Shown here in pieces: positions 12,176 to 21,704 of a DNA stretch of 64,000 nt. The notes under the pieces are model-generated. The model saw only the letters and a program-made list of their open reading frames with translations. It did not search any database and was not told the DNA's origin. Where the stretch lies: positions 124,001 through 188,000 of the forward strand of contig CALSSD010000009.1 of the NCBI GenBank assembly GCA_943788915.1. Direction: 5' to 3'. This DNA comes from an uncultured Acidimicrobiales bacterium. GTDB taxonomy: Bacteria; Actinomycetota; Acidimicrobiia; Acidimicrobiales; UBA10347. Each line of letters opens with the position of its first letter. The first letter of the stretch is position 1. The position numbers and the translations under genes are program-made.

Positions 12176-13060
12176 TCAGTCTTCGTTCGGGTTAAGTTCG
12201 CCGTTGCTCGAGGCGAGTCCGAACTTGGTTTTCAAGACGTTCAAGAATTCTTCGCCGTGTAACGAGACGAATCCAGCTGGAACGTTGCTGCGGGTGCAAC
12301 AGACTCGATCACCAGGTAACAATCGAACAATAGTTCGACCATCGAGCGATAAGGAGGCATTGCGGTCAGGAAGTACTTCGATTTCAACCGTGCTGGTCGG
12401 ATTAAGTACCAGCGAACGATCAAATAATTGGTGGGGAGATACTGCGGTCACCACTAGAGCTTCGTGCAGGGGTGCGACAATTGGGCCCCGAGCCGACAGC
12501 GAGTACGCCGTGGAGCCGGTTGGCGAGGCCACAATGATGCCGTCGGCACTATACGACATGAAGTATTCATGGTCGATTGACACGCCCAGTCGCACAGTAC
12601 GACCGCTCTCGTCGCGTTCAACAAGTGCTTCGTTCAGAGCGTGCCCCGCATCAATCTCTTCGCCCGATGCTCTGATCACGGTGACGGCGACGCGCATGCG
12701 CATCTCGACGTCGACATTCCCGGCGAGTGTCTGGGACACGGCTTCGATCATGCCATCAGGTTCAACCGCGGTGAGATAGCCGAGCTGACCGAAGTTCACG
12801 CCGAGCACCGGCACACCATGGGGTGCGGCGAGTTGGGCAGCTCGCAGCATGGAACCGTCGCCGCCGAGAGACACGACGACAGAAGCGCCCTTCGCCAGTT
12901 CCTCGGGTTCACAAACCGCGGCATCGATCGCCAGGTCTTTGGCATTGGCCTCGAGGAGCGCCAACTTGTGGCCTCGTTCGGTAAGCCATCGGGCCAGGGT
13001 CAGCGCCGCCTGTTCAGCGTCTTCTCGGATCTCGTGAACGATGAGCGCAACGGTTGCCAT
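12176..13060 (-). CDS. nadK: NAD(+) kinase
   Basis: LGGDGSML, NE motif, ADGIIVASPTGSTAYSLSARGP. Confidence 0.95.
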   Translation of the reverse strand: MATVALIVHEIREDAEQAALTLARWLTERGHKLALLEANAKDLAIDAAVCEPEELAKGASVVVSLGGDGSMLRAAQLAAPHGVPVLGVNFGQLGYLTAVEPDGMIEAVSQTLAGNVDVEMRMRVAVTVIRASGEEIDAGHALNEALVERDESGRTVRLGVSIDHEYFMSYSADGIIVASPTGSTAYSLSARGPIVAPLHEALVVTAVSPHQLFDRSLVLNPTSTVEIEVLPDRNASLSLDGRTIVRLLPGDRVCCTRSNVPAGFVSLHGEEFLNVLKTKFGLASSNGELNPNED

Positions 13061-13067
13061 GCACTGG

Positions 13068-13883
13068 TTACGGTAGTGCGCCGACTCGTTCGATGGCCGT
13101 GTTCACGGCATGCTCATCTACGAGGTCTGCCACCGAGGCGGCTGGGCCACCGATCCACAAGAAGAATTCCACGTTGCCAGCGCCGCCCTTGATCGGCGAG
13201 ACATCGATCCCCCCTACGAGTAGCTCACGCTGTCGCGATGCCGCAATCGTCTCATGTAGTACTCGGTTCCAGATCTCGGGATCGCGGATCACACCTTTGC
13301 CTTTGCTGGCTTCCTGCTTGCCGGCTTCAAACTGCGGCTTAACCAACGCCAGGATTTGGCCTTCGTCTCCTGCAAGCGAAGCCACGATGTCGAGGATGCG
13401 ATCTAGCCCGATGAAACTCACGTCGATGACCACCAGGTCAAACGGCGCTCCGATCTCGGCCGGGTCGACGGATCGCACATCGGTCTGTTCACGAACGTCG
13501 ACTCTGCGGTTGCGGCGTAGCCGGTTGTGTAATTGGGCCCGACCTACGTCGATCGCAACCACGTCGGTGGCACCAGCCTGCAGCAGGCAGTCCGTAAAAC
13601 CGCCGGTTGATGATCCGACATCGACGCAGTGCCATCCCGTTGGATCGATACCGAACGATGCCAAGGCTCCTTCGAGTTTGTCGCCGCCGCGGCCAACATA
13701 TTTTGGCGGAGGGCCCAACAATTCGATGGCGTCTCCCCCGAGCACCATCCGAGCTGGCTTGTTCGCCAGTGCACCGTTCACGGTCACCCGTCGATCAGCG
13801 ACGGCCTTTTGTGCAGCCTCGCGGCTCGGGGCAAGTTTGCGCCGAACAAGTTCACCATCGAGTCGTCGTCGTGCCGCAGCCAC
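13068..13883 (-). CDS. tlyA: TlyA family rRNA (cytidine-2'-O)-methyltransferase
   Basis: S4 domain, YVGRGGDKL, DVGSSTGGFTDCLL, DVSFI, LVKPQFE, GNVEF. Confidence 0.95.
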   Translation of the reverse strand: MAAARRRLDGELVRRKLAPSREAAQKAVADRRVTVNGALANKPARMVLGGDAIELLGPPPKYVGRGGDKLEGALASFGIDPTGWHCVDVGSSTGGFTDCLLQAGATDVVAIDVGRAQLHNRLRRNRRVDVREQTDVRSVDPAEIGAPFDLVVIDVSFIGLDRILDIVASLAGDEGQILALVKPQFEAGKQEASKGKGVIRDPEIWNRVLHETIAASRQRELLVGGIDVSPIKGGAGNVEFFLWIGGPAASVADLVDEHAVNTAIERVGALP

Positions 13884-14278
13884 GGCGGAAGACTAACGCG
13901 AGCGGCACGCTGACGAATGCCCAGACTCCCTTGCCAATCGCGGCCGTTGACTCACCACCTCAACCACATCGTGAGTTTGTGGCCACGGTCCACAAAAAAT
14001 ACGGCAAAAAGAGCCGAGCTCTGCGTCGCTTATTGCCGACCACGAGCTCGAACAGACAGCGCCGACATAGAAGCTGAAATCATTGCAATAACGCGGATCT
14101 GCAGCTGCCTAGCGGTCGAAGGACGGCTGGCTTTCCATCGAAATTTTGGCGAGTGACATGTGACTGTGTCATATGTGACCAGAGTCAACCTCAGCAGCGA
14201 ACGCTTTGCCCACTTCGACTGGTTGACTCCTTACTACAGACACCTGTCTGGCACCCCCAAGTTTGAAGCGAGCCTGTG

Positions 14279-14446
14279 ATGACCACCGGTTATGTTGCCC
14301 CAGTCCGCCGAACGATTGCTGTTCGCCCAGTGCCAGTGCAAAGCGAAACTACGAGAACGCTCAAGGCGCTTCGTCTCGCAACCGGACCCGGTTATATGGC
14401 CGGTGGCGTCAGCGAGCGCATGCTCAGAGAAGCCTCACGCCGCTAA
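14279..14446 (+). CDS. Putative small protein (55 aa), unknown function
   Basis: ATG..TAA ORF MTTGYVAPVRRTIAVRPVPVQSETTRTLKALRLATGPGYMAGGVSERMLREASRR fills the tlyA-rsmI gap; below the ORF-track cutoff; no recognised homology. Confidence 0.35.
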   Translation: MTTGYVAPVRRTIAVRPVPVQSETTRTLKALRLATGPGYMAGGVSERMLREASRR

Positions 14447-14462
14447 ATCTGAATCGGTCGAC

Positions 14463-15421
14463 TTAGTCGCTCTTCGGTGACCTCGTCGCAAGTCCATAGA
14501 CACGATTACGGCCGACGCCGAAACTACGAGCTACTGCTGCTGCAGCATCTTTCTTGGATGACCCTGCAGTGATCGCTGCCGCGACAGCAACGCAGATAGT
14601 TCATCGTCGGTGGCTTCGGCCTTGGGTGCTGCGCGGTCAATAACGATGACGTATTCGCCACGCGACTCCGCATTCGCCTCGGCAGCCTCCGCCAAGGTTC
14701 CACGCCACACGGTTTCGTGCATCTTCGTGAGCTCGCGGGCCACCACGCAGCGCCGAGATTGATCCATGGCCGTCGCGAGATCGTTGAGGCTTCGTTCGAG
14801 CCGGTGTGGGGCTTCGTAGAACACAACGATGCGAGGCTCGTTTGCGATGTCATCGAGCCGGATCTGGCGGTCGCGCCCCTTACGAGGAAGGAACCCCTCG
14901 AACACATAACGGCCGCTGCCAAATCCGCTCACGGCAAGTGCTGCGGACACCGCAGTCGGACCAGGCACAACAACGACTTCGAATCCGGCGTCGACCGCTG
15001 CAGCGACGGCAACAGCTCCTGGGTCACTAATCACCGGCATACCTGCATCGGAAACCACTGCGACGGACTCGCCACCATGGAGCGTTGAGACAACCCGTTC
15101 AGCAGCTCGTTGTTCGGTATGTTCGTTCATGACGATCATGCCTGGATTGGCGATGTTGTGTTTCGACAACAACAGGCCGGTGCGCCGGGTGTCTTCGCAT
15201 GCGATCAGGCCCACTGAACCAAGCGTTTGCTGAGCTCTCTGGGAGAAGTCGCCGAGGTTACCGATAGGTGTGCCGACGATATGCAGCACCGCAGTGTTGC
15301 CAAAGGTCGCAACCGGTAAGACAGCCTGTGTCTCGTTGGGATCCACGTGGGAGGTGTTGGGATCCAGCGTGGCAGGGTTATGTGTCCCTGGGTTATGTGT
15401 CCCCTGGGTTATTGCTGTCAT
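14463..15421 (-). CDS. rsmI: 16S rRNA (cytidine(1402)-2'-O)-methyltransferase; frameshift near 14582
   Basis: GTPIGNLGD, CEDTRRT, VSDAGMPVISDPG, YEAPHR, ARELTKMHE; C-terminal SKKDAAAAVARSFGVGRNRVY lies in the shifted frame ending at TAA 14463. Confidence 0.93.
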
Positions 15422-15747
15422 AGACGAACTTCGAGCTGGTCGCCCGCTCGAACGCCCCATCGTTCAAAACTTCCTTTTGGGGCTTCGATCACTTGTCGGG
15501 AACGGATCCGTGGCATGCCGACACGGTTAGGCGCCATGGTCACGACGTCGAGCACCCGCAGATCCTGGTCGCAGTAGGCAACGTCGAGCTCAAACTTCAC
15601 GCCGATCGTGTGCACGCTAAAGGCAGGCTTGATAAGTACTGCGCCTTCGACATGGGTATGCCCGAGCACACCCTTGAGCCGCGTCTTCCACGTATCAGCG
15701 ACCTCGAGTGTCGCCAGAACCTGGTCTTCTGCCACCAGCCAACTCAT
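15418..15747 (-). CDS. DUF192 domain protein
   Basis: EVADTWKTRLKGVLG, SVHTIGVKFELDVAY, VIEAPKG. Confidence 0.8.
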   Translation of the reverse strand: MSWLVAEDQVLATLEVADTWKTRLKGVLGHTHVEGAVLIKPAFSVHTIGVKFELDVAYCDQDLRVLDVVTMAPNRVGMPRIRSRQVIEAPKGSFERWGVRAGDQLEVRL

Positions 15748-15785
15748 CGTCTAAGACTGCCACAGAACTCGAGTGTCACGGGCGG

Positions 15786-16859
15786 TTAGACGTTGAAGCG
15801 GAAGTCCATGGTGTCACCATCGGCGACCTCGTAGTCCTTGCCTTCCATGCGGGCATCGCCAGCTTCGCGGGCCTTGGCCCAACCACCGTGTTGGATAAGC
15901 AGGTCCCATTGGATCGTCTCGGCCCGGATGAAACCTCGTTCGAAGTCGGTGTGGATCACACCTGCGCACTGTGGCGCTTTGGCTCCGGCAGGGAACGTCC
16001 ACGCTCGGGACTCTTTCTCGCCGGTGGTGAAATACGTGCGCAATCCAAGCAGGTGATAGGCAGCGCGTGAGAATCGGGGTAACGCGCCTTCGCCCAGTCC
16101 GAGTCCTTCGAGCAGTTCGGTGCGCTCGTCGAGGTCCATGAGTGCGGCCTCGGCTTCGAGCTGAATACACATACCGAGAACCTCGGCGCCGGCGAGTTCG
16201 GCGGATACCCGCTCAGTCAAGCCCGGAATTTCATCGAGGTCATCTTCGCCAACGTTCACGACTGCCATCACTGGCTTGTTCGTGAGCAGGAAGAACGGCT
16301 TGAGCGCAGCCAGCCGATCCTTCGTCATGCCGCTGCGGTACAGGGGTTTACCTTCGCCGAGCAGCGTTACTGCTTCGTCGAGCAGTTCCACATCGATCTT
16401 TGCGCTGGCATCACCTTTTGCCTGGCGACGACGTTTGTCGAGTTGGCGTTCTGCACTGTCGAGATCGGCGAGCGCAAGTTCAATTTCGAGAATACCTAAG
16501 TGTTCAAGTGGATCTGTTGGGCCGGGCACGTCGGGGTCACCGAAGGCCCGCAATACAAACACGATGCCGTCGGACTCGCGGATGCCCTGCAAGAACTTGT
16601 TGCCCAGTCCTTCGCCTTGGCTCGCGCCTTCGACGAGACCGCCAATATCGGTGAACTGCACGCTGGTTGGGATGGCCTTCAGTGACTCACTCATGTCCGC
16701 GAGCTGATCCAGACGGTCGTCCGGCACTTTCGCGATGCCAACGTTGGGCTCCACGGTCGCGAATGCGTACGGCGCAGCGAGTGCGCCGCCACCAGCAAGC
16801 GCGTTATACAACGACGACTTTCCAGCATTGGGAAGTCCAACAAAACCAAAGCGCTCCAC
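15786..16859 (-). CDS. ychF: Redox-regulated ATPase YchF
   Basis: GLPNAGKSSL, DIGGLVEGASQGEGLGNKFL, AGVIHTDFERGFIRAE, FRFNV terminus. Confidence 0.97.
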   Translation of the reverse strand: MERFGFVGLPNAGKSSLYNALAGGGALAAPYAFATVEPNVGIAKVPDDRLDQLADMSESLKAIPTSVQFTDIGGLVEGASQGEGLGNKFLQGIRESDGIVFVLRAFGDPDVPGPTDPLEHLGILEIELALADLDSAERQLDKRRRQAKGDASAKIDVELLDEAVTLLGEGKPLYRSGMTKDRLAALKPFFLLTNKPVMAVVNVGEDDLDEIPGLTERVSAELAGAEVLGMCIQLEAEAALMDLDERTELLEGLGLGEGALPRFSRAAYHLLGLRTYFTTGEKESRAWTFPAGAKAPQCAGVIHTDFERGFIRAETIQWDLLIQHGGWAKAREAGDARMEGKDYEVADGDTMDFRFNV

Positions 16860-16870
16860 GGCGCCCGAGG

Positions 16871-18049
16871 TTATCTGAGTTCGGCGACGACCTCGCAGAA
16901 GCGGGCGACTTCTTCTTCGGTGTTGAAGTAGTGGACGCCGGCGCGCACCACGGCATCGATGGACCTGGGGCCCAGTTCGAGCTGGGCCAGCATCACACCA
17001 GGCGTTGACACGTTGATGCCCTGGGCCTGCAATGCGGCTTGCACGTCGCCCGCCGCCATGCCGCCGACGTCGAACGTCACGATGCCGGACTTGTGGGTCC
17101 CGGTGTCGAGAACGGCAACGTTAGGGATCGCGGAGAGGCCGAACCGCAGCAGTCCAGACAACAAAGCGACCCGTTCGGCGATCGCGTCGATGCCGACAGC
17201 GAGCATGTAGTTCGTAGCAACACCAAGGCCGACCTTGCCGCCATAGCCGAACTCGCCGAACTCGAAACGTTTGGCATCAGGCGCGTACCTGAAGCTGTCA
17301 GCGGTGGTCCATTGTGCCGACCGGCCGTCGACGAATCCCGAATGGCCGAGTTTGGCGTGGACGTCGCCTCGGGCGAAGAGCACACCGGTTCCTCGTGGGC
17401 CGCGCATGAACTTGCGGCCGGTGTAGTTCAGGAAGTCGCAGCCGAGCTCCTGCACGTCGAGCCGAAGCTGACCCGCGGCTTGGCACGCATCGAGCAGATA
17501 GACCGCTTCGGAACCAGATGCCTTCAGTATCCGTCCGACTTCGGCAGCTGGATGGATCGCCCCGTTTGTCATGGCGACCATGGTCAGTGACACCAACTTG
17601 ACCCGTTCGTCGAGCATGGCTTCGAACACCTCGACGTCGAAGTCGCCTGCGGGGTTGTTTGGCACGACCTCTACGACAACGCCCCGTTCCCGGGCTTGGA
17701 GCCACCCGAAAGCATTCGCTTGGTACTCGCTGTGGCCGACAAGTACCCGGTCACCGGCGCCGAGAGGGATTGACGAGAAGGCACGCCACCACCCGTCGCC
17801 AGCGCTGACGGCGAAGGCAATCTCACCAGGTTCGCAGTTCAGATAACGCGCCGATGCGTCGTACACGGCATTGAGATCAGTGGCGCGTGCCGCAGCGATC
17901 TCGTACCCGCCCGTGACTTCTTCGGCTCGCAGGTAGTCGACCATTGCGTCGACGACCTGGTGCGGCGGTAATGACGACCCAGCATTGTTGAAGTGGAGTA
18001 CGCCTTCACAACCGACGGTGTCGGCTCGAACCTTGGTCATGTCGATCAC
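16871..18049 (-). CDS. Class V PLP-dependent aminotransferase (cysteine desulfurase/C-S lyase-like)
   Basis: HFNNAGSSL, DACQAAGQ, TGRKFMRGPRGTG (PLP Lys), VRAGVHYFN. Confidence 0.85.
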   Translation of the reverse strand: MIDMTKVRADTVGCEGVLHFNNAGSSLPPHQVVDAMVDYLRAEEVTGGYEIAAARATDLNAVYDASARYLNCEPGEIAFAVSAGDGWWRAFSSIPLGAGDRVLVGHSEYQANAFGWLQARERGVVVEVVPNNPAGDFDVEVFEAMLDERVKLVSLTMVAMTNGAIHPAAEVGRILKASGSEAVYLLDACQAAGQLRLDVQELGCDFLNYTGRKFMRGPRGTGVLFARGDVHAKLGHSGFVDGRSAQWTTADSFRYAPDAKRFEFGEFGYGGKVGLGVATNYMLAVGIDAIAERVALLSGLLRFGLSAIPNVAVLDTGTHKSGIVTFDVGGMAAGDVQAALQAQGINVSTPGVMLAQLELGPRSIDAVVRAGVHYFNTEEEVARFCEVVAELR

Positions 18050-18206
18050 GGCGCTGAACCTAGTCTGGCCACACCACCGAGGCAGCCCCTTTCTCGCTGA
18101 TGACCTGACCGTGGCCGACCAAGGAGCCGACGGTTCACCCCTGGATCACCCCGGGTGTGACGTTGGACCTGTGGAACCGGTTCGCGGCCGCTATAGCATC
18201 TTCGGC

Positions 18207-18293
18207 ATGTCGAAGCGCACCTCAAAGGGTAAAGCACGGGCTCGCCGTAACAAGGCGAACCATGGTCGCAAGCCGAACTACGGCCGCAACTAA
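18207..18293 (+). CDS. 50S ribosomal protein bL37 (actinobacterial, 28 aa)
   Basis: MSKRTSKGKARARRNKANHGRKPNYGRN contains the KANHG(K/R)(K/R)PN signature of mycobacterial bL37; TAGCAT -10 box 7 nt upstream. Confidence 0.85.
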   Translation: MSKRTSKGKARARRNKANHGRKPNYGRN

Positions 18294-18660
18294 ACCTGCG
18301 GCCCTAGGGCTCTTAATATTTGATGGTGATTGCGGGTTCTGCACAACAGCAGCCCGTAAGTTTGCGGATTTTGCGGGCGAGTCAGCTGAAATCGCGCCAT
18401 GGCAATCGCTTGACCTTGCTGACTTCGGCTTGACTGAACAAGAGTGCTCGACAGCGGTCTATTGGGTTCAAGACGGCAAGTCGTTCCGCGGCGCTGACGC
18501 TGTCGCGCAGGGTCTGCAGGTATGCAACACGCCGTTGCGGCTCGTGGGCAAACTCATGAGTGTGCCGCCGGTGAGCTGGCTAGCACGGCTCGGCTACCCT
18601 GTTATCGCGAAGTACCGCTACAAGTTGCCGGGTGCCACAAACGCCTGTCGCATCGACTAG
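18262..18660 (+). CDS. DCC1-like thiol-disulfide oxidoreductase (DUF393); start uncertain
   Basis: LIFDGDCGFC DxxCxxC motif, GADAVA, YPVIAKYRYKLPGATNAC. Confidence 0.85.
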   Translation: MVASRTTAATKPAALGLLIFDGDCGFCTTAARKFADFAGESAEIAPWQSLDLADFGLTEQECSTAVYWVQDGKSFRGADAVAQGLQVCNTPLRLVGKLMSVPPVSWLARLGYPVIAKYRYKLPGATNACRID

Positions 18661-18676
18661 CGAGCTTCGCAGTTTC

Positions 18677-19295
18677 TCAGAGCTTTTCTTTGGCTGGCCC
18701 GCCGTCGGGTGCCATTGACGTAAGCAGCACCGAGATCACCTTCTGCCACGCGTCGGGGTCTGGCATTTCAACATCAATCACGCTCAGCATGCGCATACCC
18801 AGTGCAACCGACTGGCAGAACGTGACCACTGCGTTGGTATCAAGGTCGTGGTGGATGACGCCGCCGTCTTTGTCGGCATCAACCAGCTTGGCCAGCCGGG
18901 CTCGTTCGTCGGCAAGGCGAGGACGCAAACGCTCGGCAATATCGTCTTCGCGTCGAGCAGCCATGAAGGCTTCGAGCAACAGAGCCGATGCCGGACTCTG
19001 ATCATCGAGCAGTGCAACACCGACGGTTTGCAGCAGGTCGGTAGCACTGAGTTCCGCAGCAGCAAGTTCGTTGACGAGCGTCGAGGTGTGAAGATCAAGC
19101 GCTTCGAGAAGCAGCTCGGACTTGCCGGTAAAGCGGTTGTACATCGCTCCGGTCGTCAGGCCTGCCCGTTCAGCAATCGACTGGACTCGCGCTCCCGGAG
19201 TAACCCTCTTCCGCAAACACCTGCGCGGCCGCGTCGATGAGCGCGGCTCGAATCTCATCGTCGTCCTCAGGCCGAGGCGAGGCGGTCTCGTTCAT
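18677..19295 (-). CDS. TetR/AcrR family transcriptional regulator; frameshift near 19196
   Basis: MNETASP..IRAALIDAAAQVFAEEGYSG joins ARVQSIAERAGLTTGAMYNRFTGKSELL (HTH). Confidence 0.88.
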
Positions 19296-19394
19296 CGGCG
19301 GCCACCGTAACAGTTCGGGCCCGCTTCCCGATGCAACCTCGATCGGGATTTCCGTCGCATCGAGAGCCGTGCACCGGCACTACGCTTCGCACCG

Positions 19395-20096
19395 ATGTCT
19401 TCTCCCCTAACAGTGGCTTTCGATGCCGACGACACCTTGTGGCACAACGAGGATGCATTCGAGGCAGCCGAACATCATTTCAATGAGATCGTGGCGCCAT
19501 GGGCCGAAGCCGACGAGGCTCAGCGGGTCCTCCTCGACTTCGAACGTGCTCGTGTTGGGCTGTACGGCTATGGCGTGAAGAGCTTCTGCCTGGCCATGAT
19601 CGCTGCAGCATGTGAGGTCTCGAACAACGAGATCCCGGCAGCGGTACTCCGGACAATCGTCGACACGGCCGATGAACTGTTGGCTATGCCGACCAAGCTG
19701 ATCGACGGAGCGACTGAGGCCATCGAGACCGTCAGCGAGAAATGGCCGACGTTCATCATCACCAAGGGTGATCTGCACCACCAGCTACGCCGCATCGAGA
19801 TTGCCGATGTGGCCAAATATTGCTTTGACATCGAAGTGGTCGCCGAGAAGGACGCTGCCACGTACCGGCGTATTCTGCGCCGCCATCGGATCGAACCCAA
19901 GAACCTCATCATGATCGGCAACAGCGTCGTGTCCGACGTTGCACCTCTGCTCGACATTGGGGCTCGTGCAGTCCACATCCCGTACGACGTCACCTGGGCT
20001 CTAGAAACAGCCGCCGTAGATCCTGCACCCAGCGACCGCTGGTTCCGGCTCGAATCAATATCTGACGTCCCTCAACTGATCGAGTCACTTGTATGA
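19395..20096 (+). CDS. HAD family hydrolase
   Basis: AFDADDTLW motif I, ITKGD, EK, MIGNSVVSDV. Confidence 0.88.
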   Translation: MSSPLTVAFDADDTLWHNEDAFEAAEHHFNEIVAPWAEADEAQRVLLDFERARVGLYGYGVKSFCLAMIAAACEVSNNEIPAAVLRTIVDTADELLAMPTKLIDGATEAIETVSEKWPTFIITKGDLHHQLRRIEIADVAKYCFDIEVVAEKDAATYRRILRRHRIEPKNLIMIGNSVVSDVAPLLDIGARAVHIPYDVTWALETAAVDPAPSDRWFRLESISDVPQLIESLV

Positions 20097-21010
20097 CCTC
20101 CACCTCTCTCGCCCCCGGCTCCCCCATCTCTGTCTCGCCTTCCGTGGCTGCTGCAATCGCTGACAGCGAACCAGTCGTTGCGCTTGAGTCGACCGTCTAC
20201 AGCACGCTCGGGCTCCCTGCTCCACACAACAAGGCGGTGTTAGACAGCTCGCATCAGGTGATTCGTGACGGCGGTGCTACCCCTGCGCTCACGGCAGTCA
20301 TCGACGGCCGGCCGGTTGTCGGCCTCGATGACCCCACACCAGTCCTGACAGCAACCAACAAGGTTGCGGCTCGTGACCTGGCCGTTGCCATGGCACAGAA
20401 GTGGGACGTTGGTGTAACCACTGTTGGAGCTTCGCTAACGCTCGCCCACCATGCAGGGGTCAATGTCTTCGCAACCGGCGGCATCGGCGGCGTGCACCGT
20501 AATGCAGCCGTCACCGGCGACATCAGCGGTGACCTACCGGTGATCGGTCGGTTCCCGATTGTCACGGTGTGTGCCGGAGCAAAAGCGTTTCTGGACCTGC
20601 CCCGCACACTTGAGATGCTCGAAACACTCGGAGTCGTCGTCATCGGCTTCGGCACCGACGAGCTCCCGGCGTTCACCACCACAACAAGCGGGCTACCAGT
20701 CCCGCATCGCATCGATGACCCTGCCGAAATCGCCGACGTGCTGCGCCACCGAATAGCGCTTGGCCAAGGCGGCGTATTGGTGTGTGCCCCGCCTCCAGAA
20801 CCCCTCGATGCCGACGTCCTCGACCATGCCATGGAACAGGCCGAAGCAGCCGCCGATGCCGCAGCCATCCTCGGCTCAGCCCGCACTCCCTACATCCTGG
20901 GTGCCATTGCGGAACTCACCAACGGGGCAAGCGTGAGCGCCAACACCGCCCTGGTAGCGAACAATGCCCGCATCGCCGCTGCGATCGCCGTGGCCCTAGC
21001 GGACAGCTAA
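20093..21010 (+). CDS. psuG: Pseudouridine-5'-phosphate glycosidase family protein
   Basis: VALESTV, TTV, FATGGIGGVHR, DISGDL, GAKAFLDLPRTLEMLET, TPYIL, N.ALV.NNA; ATGA overlap with the HAD gene. Confidence 0.92.
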   Translation: MTSTSLAPGSPISVSPSVAAAIADSEPVVALESTVYSTLGLPAPHNKAVLDSSHQVIRDGGATPALTAVIDGRPVVGLDDPTPVLTATNKVAARDLAVAMAQKWDVGVTTVGASLTLAHHAGVNVFATGGIGGVHRNAAVTGDISGDLPVIGRFPIVTVCAGAKAFLDLPRTLEMLETLGVVVIGFGTDELPAFTTTTSGLPVPHRIDDPAEIADVLRHRIALGQGGVLVCAPPPEPLDADVLDHAMEQAEAAADAAAILGSARTPYILGAIAELTNGASVSANTALVANNARIAAAIAVALADS

Positions 21011-21044
21011 GGCGTGACCGAGTAGATCCGACGCTGCCGCTGAG

Positions 21045-21704
21045 CTAGCCCTGGTCTTTCATCCGGTCGAGGCGAGCGGCGTCGGGATCGAATCCTGGAA
21101 ACGTCCGTTCCGCTACCACGCCTGCTTGAGTCATGAGGTCGTACACGATCTCTTCGACCTCGTTCCAGTTGTTCGCTCGTAGACCGCCGAGATCCCGGTT
21201 GTAGGGCTGGTCGAACACGATGGCTGTGCGCCCAGCAGCTCGCAGACTCTCGATGTTGTGTGCACCATCATCGATGTAGGCATCAGCGCCGACATCACTT
21301 TTGGCCCCCAGGAAACACAGATCCCGGTATGGGATACGGGCACGATCCAACCATGCGACAGTGTCGCCAGCAGCAGCGGAATGGCCCCAGTTCACGTACA
21401 GCCGGTGGGTCACGATCCGAATCCATACGCCGGCATCGCTGAGTCGCCACAGGCTCTCGGCCGCTCCTTCGATGACTTCGAGGTTGGCAAGCAACCGGCC
21501 TTCGGTGATGGCGGCCAGATGCATTTCCTCGAAGAGTTCGTCGTCGAAACCCCACTCTCGAAAGTCCCAGGACCGTTCGAGCGGCAGTGTCTCAGGATCG
21601 CGGTTCAGACGTTCCGCGCAGAAAGCACGAAATGCCTTGGTGTAGTCGGCACACACCCCATCGAGGTCTACGCCGAGCACAAATGCTGAGGTAGTCGTAG
21701 CCAT
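21045..21704 (-). CDS. 5'(3')-deoxyribonucleotidase (NT5C-like HAD)
   Basis: GVDLDGVCAD, IVTHR, K..ADAYIDDGAHN, FDQPYNR. Confidence 0.82.
   Translation of the reverse strand: MATTTSAFVLGVDLDGVCADYTKAFRAFCAERLNRDPETLPLERSWDFREWGFDDELFEEMHLAAITEGRLLANLEVIEGAAESLWRLSDAGVWIRIVTHRLYVNWGHSAAAGDTVAWLDRARIPYRDLCFLGAKSDVGADAYIDDGAHNIESLRAAGRTAIVFDQPYNRDLGGLRANNWNEVEEIVYDLMTQAGVVAERTFPGFDPDAARLDRMKDQG

Noticed and set aside
16871..18049. SufS/IscS or selenocysteine lyase linked to the selenoprotein
   Set aside because: The C-terminal catalytic Cys motif is not visible and the gene is more than 30 kb away
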